Origin: Clostridia bacterium
GTDB lineage: Bacteria > Bacillota > Clostridia > TANB77 > CAG-508
Direction: 5' to 3'
DNA length: 64,000 bases
Assembly (NCBI GenBank): GCA_045628105.1
Contig: JAZQOX010000016.1
Location: 2,419 to 66,418 of the forward strand
This document shows positions 30,495-40,761 of the stretch, one piece after another. The position numbers were made by a program, and so were the translations under genes. How positions within the stretch are numbered: the first letter of the stretch is position 1; the number at the start of each line of letters is the position of its first letter. The notes under the pieces are model-generated. The model was not told the origin of the DNA. It worked only from the letters and a program-made list of their open reading frames with translations, and ran no database searches.

Positions 30495-32729
30495 TTACAT
30501 AGTTTCATGAATTGTTCTATTAATAACATCTAATTGCTGTTCTCTTGTTAATTTTACGAAGTTAACAGCATATCCAGAAACTCTAATTGTAAGTTGAGGA
30601 TATTTTTCAGGATGATCCATAGCATCTAATAATAATGTTCTATCAAATACGTTAACATTAATATGGTGACTACGTTTTACAAAATATCCATCTAACAATG
30701 AAATTAAATTGTTAACTCTAGAATCTTCATCTTTACCAAGTGTTTTTGGTGTGATAGAGAATGTATAAGAAATACCATCTTCAGCGTAAGTATATGGAAT
30801 TTTAGCAACAGTGTTTAGAACAGCTAGAGCACCGTGTGTATCTCTACCATGAAGTGGATTTGCACCAGGACCGAAAGGTGAACCAGAACGTCTACCATCA
30901 GGTGTATTACCAGTTTTCTTACCATAAACAACATTTGATGTAATAGTTAAAATTGAAAGTGTAGGTTTTGAATTTCTGTATGTTTTTTGTTTTCTTAATT
31001 TGTAGATAAATCTCTTAACTATATCAATTGCGATATCATCAACTCTATCATCATCATTACCGTATTTAGGAAAGTCACCTTCAACTTGATAATCAACAGC
31101 TAGCCCAGTTTCATCTCTAATAACTTTAACTTTAGCATATTTAATAGCAGATAAGGAGTCGGCAACAACTGAAAGACCAGCAATACCACAAGCCATAGTT
31201 CTTACTATATTTTGATCATGTAAAGCCATTTCAAGTTTTTCATAAGCATATTTATCATGCATATAGTGAATTATATTTAAAGCATTAATGTAGACTCTTG
31301 CAACCCAATCCATCATATTATCAAATTTTTCCATAACTTCATCATAATCTAGGTATTCAGAAGAAATAGGTTGGAATTTATAGGCAACTTGTTTACCTGT
31401 TAATTCATCTCTACCACCATTTATAGCATATAATAATGTTTTAGCTAAGTTACATCTAGCACCAAAGAATTGCATTTGTTTACCTGTTCTCATTGCAGAA
31501 ACACAGCAAGCAATTGAATAATCATCCCCCCAGAATTCTCTCATTAAATCATCATTTTCATATTGAATTGAAGATGTTTTAACAGATAAATCTGCACAGA
31601 ATTTTTTAAATCCTTCAGGTAATCGTGTAGACCATAAAACAGTCATGTTTGGTTCTGGAGCAGGACCAAGGTTTACTAATGTATGAAGCATTCTGAATGA
31701 GTTCTTTGTTACTAATGTTCTACCATCAACACCCATACCACCAATTCCTTCAGTAACCCAAACTGGATCTCCACTAAATAATTCATTATATTCTGGTGTT
31801 CTTAAGAATCTTATCATTCTTAATTTCATAACAAAATGATCCATTAATTCTTGAGCTTCACTTTCAGTTAATGTACCGTTTTTTAAATCTCTTTCAATGT
31901 AAATATCAATGAAAGTAGAAGTTCTTCCTAAACTCATAGCAGCACCATTTTGTTCTTTCGTAGAACCAAGGTATCCGAAATATAACCATTGAATAGCTTC
32001 TTTAGCATTTGCAGCAGGACGAGAAATATCAAATCCATATTTAGATGCCATTACTTTTAATTCATTTAAAGCATCTATTTGGTCATAAACTTCTTCTCTG
32101 TCTCTAACAGTTTCTGTATAAATAGAAGGAACTTCTAAAGATTGTAGAACTTCTTTTTTATCTTCAATTAACATATCAATACCGTATAAAGCAATTCTTC
32201 TGTAATCTCCTATAATTCTTCCTCTACCATAACCATCAGGAAGACCTGTAATAATGTGAGAACTTCTTGCAGCTCTGATTTCAGGTGTGTATGCTGCAAA
32301 AACACCATCATTGTGAGTTCTTCTAAAGTTTTTGAAAATGTGTTGAACACTTTCAGATAATTTTACATTGTTTGCTTCACAAGATTTTTCAACAATTCTA
32401 ATACCACCATTAGGCATAATTGCTCTTTTTAAAGGTGCATCAGTTTGCAAACCAACAATTTGTTCAAGGTCTTTATTAATATATCCAGCTTCGTGACTAG
32501 ATATAGTTGAAACAGTGTCAGCATCTATGGCTAAAACACCATTATTTTCTTTTTCTTTTTTATATAATTCAAGAACATTATTCCATAATTCTTTAGTTCT
32601 TTCAGTAGGGTTAGCAAGAAAAGAACTATCTCCTTCATATGGCGTATAATTTTTTTGTATAAAATTTCTAACGTTAATTTCATGTCTCCATTCACCGCCA
32701 TTAAAATTTTTCCATTCTTCAAAATTCAT
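30495..32729 (-). CDS. pflB: Formate C-acetyltransferase (pyruvate formate-lyase)
   Basis: ~744 aa; glycyl-radical C-terminus (RVSGYAVNF), catalytic CC (ACCVSA) motif. Confidence 0.9.
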   Translation of the reverse strand: MNFEEWKNFNGGEWRHEINVRNFIQKNYTPYEGDSSFLANPTERTKELWNNVLELYKKEKENNGVLAIDADTVSTISSHEAGYINKDLEQIVGLQTDAPLKRAIMPNGGIRIVEKSCEANNVKLSESVQHIFKNFRRTHNDGVFAAYTPEIRAARSSHIITGLPDGYGRGRIIGDYRRIALYGIDMLIEDKKEVLQSLEVPSIYTETVRDREEVYDQIDALNELKVMASKYGFDISRPAANAKEAIQWLYFGYLGSTKEQNGAAMSLGRTSTFIDIYIERDLKNGTLTESEAQELMDHFVMKLRMIRFLRTPEYNELFSGDPVWVTEGIGGMGVDGRTLVTKNSFRMLHTLVNLGPAPEPNMTVLWSTRLPEGFKKFCADLSVKTSSIQYENDDLMREFWGDDYSIACCVSAMRTGKQMQFFGARCNLAKTLLYAINGGRDELTGKQVAYKFQPISSEYLDYDEVMEKFDNMMDWVARVYINALNIIHYMHDKYAYEKLEMALHDQNIVRTMACGIAGLSVVADSLSAIKYAKVKVIRDETGLAVDYQVEGDFPKYGNDDDRVDDIAIDIVKRFIYKLRKQKTYRNSKPTLSILTITSNVVYGKKTGNTPDGRRSGSPFGPGANPLHGRDTHGALAVLNTVAKIPYTYAEDGISYTFSITPKTLGKDEDSRVNNLISLLDGYFVKRSHHINVNVFDRTLLLDAMDHPEKYPQLTIRVSGYAVNFVKLTREQQLDVINRTIHETM

Positions 32730-32914
32730 AAAATAAATCACTCCTTTTCACAACATATTATCATACCACAAAAACAAAAAAATACAACAGAAGAGGCTAA
32801 AAGAATATGAAAATATGGGGAAATATTGTCATTTTTGTAAAAATTGCTTGTAAAATACTAAATAAAAGAGTATAATAAAATTGTAATTTATTTTTCATAA
32901 AAAGGGGTTATAGT

Positions 32915-33442
32915 ATGGAAGAAAAAGACAAAATAAAAGTTTTAATAAGTGAAGAAGATGTAGAAAAAAGAATTGATGAATTAGCAAAACAAATTTATGA
33001 AGACTACAATGGAAAAGAAATAACATTTATTTGCATTTTAAAAGGATCTATTTATTTTACAGTTGAACTTTCAAAAAGAATACCAAGTGATATTAATTTT
33101 GAATTTATTAGAGTTTCTAGTTACCATGGACAAAACAGTACAGGGGTAATAGAACTTAAAGTTGATCTACAAGGGGATATTGCAGGAAAAGATGTAATAG
33201 TAATTGAAGATATTATTGATACAGGTAGAACTTTATCTTACCTAAAAGAATATTTAAAAAGCAAAAATCCAAATAGCATAAAAATAGCATCTTTATTAGA
33301 TAAAAAAGAAAGAAGAGTATGCAAAATGGATGCAGATTATGTAGGATTTGATATTCCAGACAAATTTGTCGTAGGTTATGGATTAGATGTAGATGAAAAA
33401 TACAGAAATCTTCCATATATAGGATATTTTGAGAATGTTTAA
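32915..33442 (+). CDS. hpt: Hypoxanthine phosphoribosyltransferase
   Basis: 175 aa; PRPP-binding motif VIVIEDIIDTGRTL. Confidence 0.85.
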   Translation: MEEKDKIKVLISEEDVEKRIDELAKQIYEDYNGKEITFICILKGSIYFTVELSKRIPSDINFEFIRVSSYHGQNSTGVIELKVDLQGDIAGKDVIVIEDIIDTGRTLSYLKEYLKSKNPNSIKIASLLDKKERRVCKMDADYVGFDIPDKFVVGYGLDVDEKYRNLPYIGYFENV

Positions 33443-35225
33443 TATAAATGAAGAATTAAAAAAACTCCCATCAAAACCGGGAGTTTATATTATGAGAGAC
33501 AAAAATGATACAATTATATATGTTGGAAAAGCAATTTCTCTAAAAAATAGAGTAACGCAGTATTTTAGAAAAACAAACAAAACAGTTAGAATCCAAAGAA
33601 TGGTATCATTAATTGATCATTTTGAGTATATAGTAACAGACAACGAAGCAGAAGCTTTAATACTAGAATGTAACCTTATAAAGAAGAATATGCCAAAGTT
33701 TAATGTACTATTAAAAGATGATAAAACATACCCATATATAAAAATTGATGTAAAATCGGATTATCCCAATATCTTTTACACAAGAAGCATAAAAAATGAT
33801 GGTGCAAAGTATTTTGGACCATATGCGAATCCATATGCTGCAAAAGAAATGATAAATTTTATAAAAGAAAGATTTCAGATAAGACAATGTAAGACATTTA
33901 AATCAAATAAAAGAGCATGTTTAAATTATCATATAAAAAGATGCCTAGGACCATGTGTTAATTATGTTTCAAAAGAAGAATATAAAAAACAAATAGACCA
34001 AATAATTATGCTTTTAGATGGAAAAACGGAAAGTATTCTAAAAGAATTAGATAAGGAAATGCAGGAAAAAGCAGAAAAACAAGAATACGAAAAAGCAGCA
34101 CAAATTAGAGATAAGAGACAGGCTATTGAAAGATTTTCTGAACAACAAAAGGTATCAAATATAAATGAAAAATCAATTGATGTTGTAGGAGTATATAAAA
34201 ATGCTATTTCAGTTTGTATTGAAATTTTCTTTGTTAGAAATAGCAAAATGATAGGAAGAGAGCATTACTTTTTCAATGAAATGACTGATGAGGAAATAAG
34301 CACAATTTTGGGGGAATTTATTAAAGCATATTATATGCAAAGGGAAGACATTCCTTTAAAAATAATGCTACAACAAGAAATTGAAGATAAAGAACTAATA
34401 GAAAAACTTTTATCAGAAAACTCAGGAAAAAAGGTTGAAATAAAAACACCACAAAAGGGTGAAAAATTAAGATTTATAGAAATGGCAATAAATAATGCAA
34501 AAATAACACTAGAAAATAAAACAAAAGAAAGACAAAACATTGTATTAGAATTAAAAGAAACTTTACAACTTAAAATATTACCCAAAAAAATAGAGTGTTA
34601 TGATATATCAAACATTTCTGGAGATTACATGGTCGGAGGAATGTGCGTAGCTGAAAATGGAGTTATTAAGAAAAATCTATCAAGAAGATTCAAAATAAAA
34701 ACAGTATTCACACAGGATGACCCAAGATGTATTGAGGAAGTGGTAACACGAAGAATAAAACATTCTATAGATAACCCAAATGGAGGATTTGGCAAATTAC
34801 CTGATGTAATATTTGCAGATGGTGGAATAACTCAAATTAGAGCAATAAAAAGAGCAATTGAAAAATACGAAAAAGTAAACATTCCAGTTTTCGGAATGGT
34901 AAAAGACGATAAACACTCAACAAAGAATTTGATAGATGAAAATAGAAAAGTAATAAAATTAACGCAAGAACAATTTAACTTTATAACTAATCTTCAAGAT
35001 GAAGTACACAATGTGGCAATAGAGTACAATAGAAAACTAAGATTGAAAGAAACAACAAAATCTGAATTGGATGAAATATCTGGAATAGGAGAAAAGAAAA
35101 AGCAAGAATTATTAAAATATTTTGGAAGCGTAGAAAAAATAAAAAAGGCCAGTATAGAAGAATTAACAAAAATAAAGGGAATAAACCAAGATTTAGCAAG
35201 AAAAATTAAAGAAAATTTAGCATAA
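33429..35225 (+). CDS. uvrC: Excinuclease ABC subunit C
   Basis: 598 aa; N-terminal GIY-YIG (PGVYIMRDKNDTIIYVGKA), UvrBC-interaction region, C-terminal RNaseH-like and HhH. Confidence 0.9.
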   Translation: MRMFNINEELKKLPSKPGVYIMRDKNDTIIYVGKAISLKNRVTQYFRKTNKTVRIQRMVSLIDHFEYIVTDNEAEALILECNLIKKNMPKFNVLLKDDKTYPYIKIDVKSDYPNIFYTRSIKNDGAKYFGPYANPYAAKEMINFIKERFQIRQCKTFKSNKRACLNYHIKRCLGPCVNYVSKEEYKKQIDQIIMLLDGKTESILKELDKEMQEKAEKQEYEKAAQIRDKRQAIERFSEQQKVSNINEKSIDVVGVYKNAISVCIEIFFVRNSKMIGREHYFFNEMTDEEISTILGEFIKAYYMQREDIPLKIMLQQEIEDKELIEKLLSENSGKKVEIKTPQKGEKLRFIEMAINNAKITLENKTKERQNIVLELKETLQLKILPKKIECYDISNISGDYMVGGMCVAENGVIKKNLSRRFKIKTVFTQDDPRCIEEVVTRRIKHSIDNPNGGFGKLPDVIFADGGITQIRAIKRAIEKYEKVNIPVFGMVKDDKHSTKNLIDENRKVIKLTQEQFNFITNLQDEVHNVAIEYNRKLRLKETTKSELDEISGIGEKKKQELLKYFGSVEKIKKASIEELTKIKGINQDLARKIKENLA

Positions 35226-35300
35226 AAATTATCATATTTATATCAAAAATTACATATATTAAACTGAAGGATAAAAATATATGTAAAGGGAGATAAAAAT

Positions 35301-35471
35301 ATGGTAAATATAACAAGTGAACAAATTTGGGGAAATTTCGAGGACAAGCCAAAAAACAAAATGTCTTTTGAAAATAAAATTATTACAGTTGGACTAATAT
35401 TATTTGGAATATGCATAATATTAAACAGTATGCTTATTTATACATTTTTTAAAGTATTAGGAGAACTATAA
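35301..35471 (+). CDS. Small putative membrane protein (56 aa; below ORF-track size cutoff)
   Basis: RBS AAAGGGAG 8 nt before ATG; one predicted TM helix (IITVGLILFGICIILNSMLIYTFF); immediately upstream of methyltransferase gene. Confidence 0.35.
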   Translation: MVNITSEQIWGNFEDKPKNKMSFENKIITVGLILFGICIILNSMLIYTFFKVLGEL

Positions 35472-35489
35472 TATCAAGGAGTGAAAAAA

Positions 35490-36350
35490 ATGAATATAGC
35501 AACAAATTGGAAAGATTATGAAATATTAGATATGGCAAATGGTGAAAAATTAGAAAGATGGGGAAAATATAAATTAGTTAGACCAGATCCACAAATAATA
35601 TGGAAAAAACAAAGTTTTCCAGGCAAATGGAAAACAGCTGATGCAACGTATAAAAGAAGCAAAAGCGGTGGAGGAGCGTGGGAAAATAAAACAAAGTTAC
35701 CTGCATCTTGGCAAATTAAATATAAAAATCTAACATTCAATTTAAAACCAATGGGATTTAAACATACAGGGTTATTTCCGGAACAAGCGGTAAACTGGGA
35801 CTGGATGATAGATAAAATAAAAGGAGCAAAAAGACCAATTAAAGTATTAAATTTATTTGCGTATACAGGAGGAGCAACAGTAGCGTGTCTTTCAGCAGGC
35901 GCATCAGTTTGCCATGTAGATAGTTCTAAAGGAATGGTAGCATGGGCAAAAGAAAATGTTTCATCATCAGGATTACAAGAAAGACCAGTAAGATACATAG
36001 TAGATGATGTTATAAAATTTGTTCAAAGAGAAATAAGAAGAGAAAATTATTATGATGCAATAATAATGGATCCACCATCTTATGGAAGAGGAACATCAGG
36101 AGAAGTTTGGCAGTTTGAAGAAAATATTGAAGAACTAGTTGAGTTATGTACAAAAGTATTAAGCAAAAAACCATTATTCTTTTTGATAAATTCATATACA
36201 ACAGGGATATCATCAGAAGTATTAAAAAATATATTAAAAATGAATATGGAAAAATATACAGGAAAAGTTTCATCAGGAGAAATTGGACTTCCAATGGCAA
36301 ATTCTAGCTTAGTTTTACCATGCGGAATTTTTGGAAGATGGGAAGAATAA
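35490..36350 (+). CDS. Class I SAM-dependent methyltransferase (RlmI/RlmK-like rRNA methyltransferase family)
   Basis: 286 aa; SAM-binding pattern VLNLFAYTGGATVACL, acidic D-x-hydrophobic motif (IIMDPPSY). Confidence 0.6.
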   Translation: MNIATNWKDYEILDMANGEKLERWGKYKLVRPDPQIIWKKQSFPGKWKTADATYKRSKSGGGAWENKTKLPASWQIKYKNLTFNLKPMGFKHTGLFPEQAVNWDWMIDKIKGAKRPIKVLNLFAYTGGATVACLSAGASVCHVDSSKGMVAWAKENVSSSGLQERPVRYIVDDVIKFVQREIRRENYYDAIIMDPPSYGRGTSGEVWQFEENIEELVELCTKVLSKKPLFFLINSYTTGISSEVLKNILKMNMEKYTGKVSSGEIGLPMANSSLVLPCGIFGRWEE

Positions 36351-36472
36351 AAAAGCGTAAAACTTTTAAATTTGTTTAAAATAAGTTTGTAGCAAATATT
36401 TTAAAAAAGTATTGCAAATAATAACACTATATGATATAAAGGATTATATATAATATGAAAGGAGAATTTTTG

Positions 36473-36781
36473 ATGGATTTAGAAAAGAATAGCCAAGAAA
36501 TGGACGAAGAACTAGATAACATAATAACATTAAATGACGAGGATGGAAAAGAAGTAAAATTTGAATTTTTAGATTTAATAGAATACAGCGGAGAGGAATA
36601 TGTAGTACTTCTTCCAGCAGAAGAAGGAGAAGACGCTGATGAAGTTGTTATATTAAAAGTAGAGGATACAGATTCAGAAGATGAAGAATCTTATGTTGGA
36701 GTTGAAGACCAAGAAATTTTAAATGCTGTATTTGCAATATTCAAAGATAAATTCAAAGATGAATTTAATTTTGTAGACTAA
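36473..36781 (+). CDS. DUF1292 family protein
   Basis: ITLNDEDGKEVKFEFLDLIEYSGEEYVVLLP matches the conserved DUF1292 core; acidic C-terminus. Confidence 0.7.
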   Translation: MDLEKNSQEMDEELDNIITLNDEDGKEVKFEFLDLIEYSGEEYVVLLPAEEGEDADEVVILKVEDTDSEDEESYVGVEDQEILNAVFAIFKDKFKDEFNFVD

Positions 36782-36842
36782 AAAAGAGACTCATAGAGGC
36801 AACTCTATGAGTTTAAGTTTTATATAAGTAGGAGGTGAAAAA

Positions 36843-37508
36843 ATGGAGTTTTTAAATCCAGATGAAGTAATCACCGAAAACAATGATAATGGAATAATAA
36901 ATAAAACATTTTTTAGAATGTTTTTAGGATTACTTGCAACAGCCATAACTGCTTTTTATACGTATAATTCAGGAGCATATTTAGAAATATCATATGGATT
37001 ACTAGCAGTAATTGAAATTGCTGTGGTTTTAATATTTTCATTTGCTTTTAAAAAATTATCACCAACAGTAGTTACTATTTTATTTTTTGCATATGCTTTC
37101 ATAAATGGAATGACATTAGCATGTATATTTGCCGTTTACGAATTAGGAACAATAGGATACGCATTTTTAACAACAGCATTACTATTTGGAGCATTATCAA
37201 TTTATGGATATGTAACCAAAAAAGACATGTCAAAGATAGGTTCAATATTATCAGTAGCACTAATTGTTGGATTAGTAATGTCAGTTATTAATTTATTTAT
37301 GCTAAATACTTTTTTTGATATAGTACTTGACTGGGCAATACTTGGAATATTTTGCGGATTAACTATTTTTGATATGAATAAAATAAAAGCATTACAAAAT
37401 TATATGGATGAAGAGAAATTATATGTATATGGAGCTATGGAATTATATTTAGACTTTATAAATATATTCTTAAGAATACTATCAATAATGGGAAGAAGAA
37501 GAAATTAA
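36843..37508 (+). CDS. Bax-inhibitor-1/YccA-family membrane protein (7 TM)
   Basis: 221 aa, seven hydrophobic segments, charged C-terminal tail (MGRRRN); RBS AGGAGGTGA; terminator hairpin 37517-37552. Confidence 0.5.
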   Translation: MEFLNPDEVITENNDNGIINKTFFRMFLGLLATAITAFYTYNSGAYLEISYGLLAVIEIAVVLIFSFAFKKLSPTVVTILFFAYAFINGMTLACIFAVYELGTIGYAFLTTALLFGALSIYGYVTKKDMSKIGSILSVALIVGLVMSVINLFMLNTFFDIVLDWAILGIFCGLTIFDMNKIKALQNYMDEEKLYVYGAMELYLDFINIFLRILSIMGRRRN

Positions 37509-37647
37509 ATAATAAAAAAAGAGGTGTTAAACAAAATGTTTAGCACCTTTTGAATCATATAATATCTTACAAATTTAAAAGAATAAAAAATAGAAGATAG
37601 TATAAAAACTCGGAATTTATTTCCGAGTTTTTTGTATAAGATAAATT

Positions 37648-38046
37648 TTATCTCTTTGAGAATTGTGGAGCTTTTCTTGCTTTTTTCATACCATATTTCT
37701 TTCTTTCTTTCATTCTTGCATCTCTTGTTAAGAAACCATTTGATTTAAGAATTGGTCTGAATTCAGTATTGTTAACCTTTAATAAAGCTCTTGAAATACC
37801 ATGACGGATAGCACCAGCTTGACCACTAATACCACCACCAGTTACATTACAAACAACATCAAATTTATCTAATGTATTTGTAGCAACTAAAGGTTGTTTA
37901 ACTATAACTTTTAATGTCTCAACACCAAAATATTCATCTAATGCTTTACCATTAACAGTAATAGAACCATTACCATTTACTAATCTAATTCTAGCGATAG
38001 AATTTTTTCTTCTACCTGTTCCAATAAATGAATTTTTTTCTGCCAT
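37648..38046 (-). CDS. rpsI: 30S ribosomal protein S9
   Basis: 132 aa; C-terminal [17 protein letters not shown] conserved. Confidence 0.9.
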   Translation of the reverse strand: MAEKNSFIGTGRRKNSIARIRLVNGNGSITVNGKALDEYFGVETLKVIVKQPLVATNTLDKFDVVCNVTGGGISGQAGAIRHGISRALLKVNNTEFRPILKSNGFLTRDARMKERKKYGMKKARKAPQFSKR

Positions 38047-38047
38047 A

Positions 38048-38485
38048 TTATTTTACCTCCCAAACTATAGGTTTTTGTGCTTGATTTTCATGTTCATTTC
38101 CACTATAAATTCTAACTTTGTTAATCATTCGTCTTCCTAATCTATTTTTTGGAAGCATACCTTTTATAGCAAGCATCATAGCTTTTTCAGGATTGTTAGC
38201 AAGCATATTTCTTGCAGTTGTTTCTGTCATATTTCCAATATATCCTGTATGATGTCTGTAAACTTTTTGATCTAATTTTTTACCTGTTAAAATAACATCT
38301 TTAACATTTAATATAATAACATGATCACCTGTATCTACATTAGGTGTAAATGTAGGTTTATGTTTTCCTCTTAATAATTTTGCAGCTTCTGCAGCAATTC
38401 TTCCTAGTGGTTTTCCACTTGCATCAATAATATACCATTGTCTTTTAATATCGCTACTCTTAGCAGAGTATGTAGTATTATTCAT
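38048..38485 (-). CDS. rplM: 50S ribosomal protein L13
   Basis: Start assigned to MNNTTYSAK...KRQWYIIDA (L13 N-terminus); tightly coupled to rpsI. Confidence 0.85.
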   Translation of the reverse strand: MNNTTYSAKSSDIKRQWYIIDASGKPLGRIAAEAAKLLRGKHKPTFTPNVDTGDHVIILNVKDVILTGKKLDQKVYRHHTGYIGNMTETTARNMLANNPEKAMMLAIKGMLPKNRLGRRMINKVRIYSGNEHENQAQKPIVWEVK

Positions 38486-38685
38486 CGAACAACTTCCTCC
38501 AATCATAATTTTAAATTAATTTATAAAAATATACTTTAATAATAAACTACCGGGCTTTGGGTTTACTATAAAATATTTTTTGACACCTAACTAGTATAAT
38601 ATAAAAACACTGAAAAGTCAAGCAAAATGATACAAAAATGTAAAAAAATAGCATAAAAAAATAAAAAAATTTAAAAAAAGTATTG

Positions 38686-38714
38686 ACAATGAATACAACA
38701 TAGTAGTATAATCT
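38686..38714 (+). promoter_or_regulatory. Stable-RNA promoter with A-rich UP element for tRNA-Leu
   Basis: AAAAAAAGTATTGACAA-17-TATAAT; nearly identical architecture precedes the tRNA at 40624 (AAAAAAGTATTGACAAG...TATAAT at 40563-40598). Confidence 0.6.
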
Positions 38715-38744
38715 TAAATGTCGTAAGACAAAGGCCAGTTAAAT

Positions 38745-38832
38745 GCAGATGTGGCGGAACTGGCAGACGCACAGGACTTAAAATCCTGCGGACTAATACT
38801 CCGTGCCGGTTCGATTCCGGCCATCTGCACCA
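38745..38832 (+). tRNA. tRNA-Leu (anticodon TAA), long variable arm
   Basis: GCAGATG...CATCTGCACCA acceptor, anticodon loop CTTAAAA. Confidence 0.85.
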
Positions 38833-38890
38833 GAAAAAGAAGTTAACTTTAGTTAACTTCTTTTTTGCTATATGAATAAAAATGAAAAAA

Positions 38891-38917
38891 TGTGCGTGTC
38901 CCCAAATTCCACTTGCA
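38891..38917. repeat. Degenerate copy of palindromic repeat family (GTGCGTGTCCCCAAATTCCA)
   Basis: Matches reverse complement of 57635-57652 (TGGAATTTGGGGACACGCAC). Confidence 0.55.
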
Positions 38918-39040
38918 ATTTTATGTAAAACGTGATATAATGGCAAACATAAAATTCGTAGGCACAGCGAAATATAATAAATGTGCTATTTTTTATTTCT
39001 AAATCAATAATTTGGTCTAGAATAAAAATTGAGGAGAAAG

Positions 39041-39409
39041 ATGTATAAAGAAATTTTACATTACATCGAGTTTGCGTTCCATGGAAGATATCCATGGAAC
39101 GCACATGAGGTTCAGCCTTTTCAGCCAGGAGACGAGTTGAAAATACCCGTTGATTGCATCGGGTACAGATTCTTTGACAAGATTCTGTACGACGAAGGCG
39201 ATGAGGAAGTTATCGGGGCAAGACGGAATATTACCGGTTATACATACCTGGGTGAAGAATACACCGTCGAGGAAATTGAAAGTAATTTCCCTGATAAATC
39301 CCCATTTATCAAATGGTTGAAAGATAACGGCTACAAGCGTGCCGTTAAGACCTACGCAAACAAGTGGGTTCCGCTGGAAGAAACGGACCAAGTGAGGCAA
39401 CCTCAGTAA
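39041..39409 (+). CDS. GC-rich hypothetical protein (122 aa) of probable foreign origin
   Basis: ATG with RBS GAGGAGAAAG; codon usage/GC (~45-50%) sharply different from host genes (~28%); followed by hairpin terminator 39414-39446. Confidence 0.55.
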   Translation: MYKEILHYIEFAFHGRYPWNAHEVQPFQPGDELKIPVDCIGYRFFDKILYDEGDEEVIGARRNITGYTYLGEEYTVEEIESNFPDKSPFIKWLKDNGYKRAVKTYANKWVPLEETDQVRQPQ

Positions 39410-39448
39410 AAAAGAAAAAGGATCTCTCATTATGAGGGATTCTTTTTT

Positions 39449-39619
39449 TGGCTGGGGTGGGAGGACTGCGACGAGCCGCGTCGGAAAAATAGTCCACCGG
39501 ACTATTTTTACCTGCGTTTCGGCAAGCTTTAACTTGCTCGAAACTTGGCGACCTCCTTTTCGAGCCCTCCCGTTTAAATTAAAAATATAAATCCTCCGGT
39601 TACACCGAAGGATTTTTTT
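39449..39619 (-). repeat. GC-rich structured element copy 2 (homolog of 20225-20377), beginning with a 19-nt direct repeat of the tRNA-Gln 3' end (39449-39467)
   Basis: TGGCTGGGGTGGGAGGACT (39449-39467) duplicates the tRNA-Gln 3' terminus at 39620-39638. The internal ~110 nt align to the ssrA-adjacent copy with compensatory changes in two hairpins. Confidence 0.75.
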
Positions 39620-39695
39620 TGGCTGGGGTGGGAGGACTCGAACCGCCGAAATGCTAGAGTCAAAGTCTAGTGCCTTACCACTTGGCTACACCCCA
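39620..39695 (-). tRNA. tRNA-Gln (anticodon TTG)
   Basis: TGGGGTG...CACCCCAGCCA acceptor, anticodon loop CTTTGAC. Confidence 0.85.
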
Positions 39696-39725
39696 ATATA
39701 AAATATACATAAATTATTCATACGA

Positions 39726-39803
39726 TGGGGTGGAAGATGGGACTCGAACCCACGGCCTCTGGTGCCACAAACCAGCGCTCTAACCAACTGAGCTACATCC
39801 ACC
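39726..39803 (-). tRNA. tRNA-His (anticodon GTG) with G-1
   Basis: GGTGGATGTAGCTCAGTTGG...anticodon loop TTGTGGC...discriminator C + CCA. Confidence 0.8.
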
Positions 39804-39944
39804 AATTTATGCAATGTTTTTCAACACATAGTCTATTGTAAATAATTTTTTTGCATTTGTCAACACTTTTTGAAAAAAAAGTAAAAATAGTTGACATTTA
39901 TAGTCTATAATGATATTATCAAAAAAAGCAAAGGAGAAAATAAA

Positions 39945-40391
39945 ATGAAAAAATTAAAAAGTCAAAAAGGCATAACATTAGTAACACTTGCAATATATAT
40001 GGTTCTTGCGGCAATGGTAATTAGCATGCTCGCATTACTAACAAGAAATTTTAGAGAAAACCTAGATAATGTAAATTCTCAAACAATAACAGATAACGAA
40101 TTTGATAAAATAAATTTACAATTATTAAATGAAACGAAGAAAACAAATAACCAAATAATAACAGTTACTGCTACTATGGTAGAATTTAAAAGTGGGAACA
40201 TATATGAATATAATCAAGAAGAAAAAATAATATATCAAAAAAATTTAACAGAAGATATAGAAGTAAAAGTAGCTGAAAAAATAAGTAATGTGGAATTTTC
40301 AAGAATGAGTGAAAATAACAGAGATATTCTAATCGTCACAGTTACAATAGATGGAAAACAAAGAACAACTGAATATGTTATGGCAAAATAA
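39945..40391 (+). CDS. Small secreted protein with non-canonical prepilin-type N-terminus (MKKLKSQKG|ITLVTLAIYMV...)
   Basis: KG-ITL-V motif resembles type IV prepilin cleavage site G|FTLxE but has Thr instead of Glu at +5. Paralogous N-termini at 48315 and 55535. RBS AAGGAGAAAA. Confidence 0.5.
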   Translation: MKKLKSQKGITLVTLAIYMVLAAMVISMLALLTRNFRENLDNVNSQTITDNEFDKINLQLLNETKKTNNQIITVTATMVEFKSGNIYEYNQEEKIIYQKNLTEDIEVKVAEKISNVEFSRMSENNRDILIVTVTIDGKQRTTEYVMAK

Positions 40392-40473
40392 TGGGAAGAT
40401 TTTTAAATGAAAATAATGAAATACCTCTTGCATAATAAAAAAAAATGTGGTAATATAAAGAGGTATTTTTCAT

Positions 40474-40548
40474 AGGGGTATAGTGTCAATGGTAGCACAT
40501 CGGTCTCCAAAACCGCTTGTGAGGGTTCGAATCCTTCTACCCCTGCCA
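40474..40548 (+). tRNA. tRNA-Trp (anticodon CCA)
   Basis: AGGGGTA...TACCCCTGCCA acceptor, anticodon loop CTCCAAA. Confidence 0.85.
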
Positions 40549-40623
40549 AAAATATTAAAAAATTTTAAAAAAGTATTGACAAGCATTAAAAAATATCTTA
40601 TAATAATTCTTGCGTTTAGGAAT

Positions 40624-40700
40624 GCTCCCTTAGCTCAGTTGGTCAGAGCAACCGGCTCATAACCGGTGGGTCCAAGGTTCGAATCCTTGAGGGAGCACCA
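40624..40700 (+). tRNA. tRNA with CAT anticodon, most similar to tRNA-Ile2 (lysidine) / initiator-like class
   Basis: GCTCCCTTAGCTCAGTTGGTCAGAGC..CGGCTCATAACCG..GGTTCGAATCC..AGGGAGCACCA. Confidence 0.75.
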
Positions 40701-40761
40701 TAAAAAGTGAAAGTTATAAGATTTAATCTTCGCTGTTCACTTTTTATTTTTAATTTAATAT

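Noticed and set aside
38671-39104. Minus-strand ORFs overlapping tRNA-Leu and its terminator
   Set aside because: They overlap a tRNA gene and the promoter region of the GC-rich ORF; no RBS.
39449-39619. Interpretation of the repeated module as an IS200/IS605 terminal-hairpin remnant or a group II intron fragment
   Set aside because: No TnpA/TnpB or intron domain V/VI-like sequences. IS200 ends would not explain the duplicated 3' end of the adjacent stable-RNA gene, which includes the CCA.
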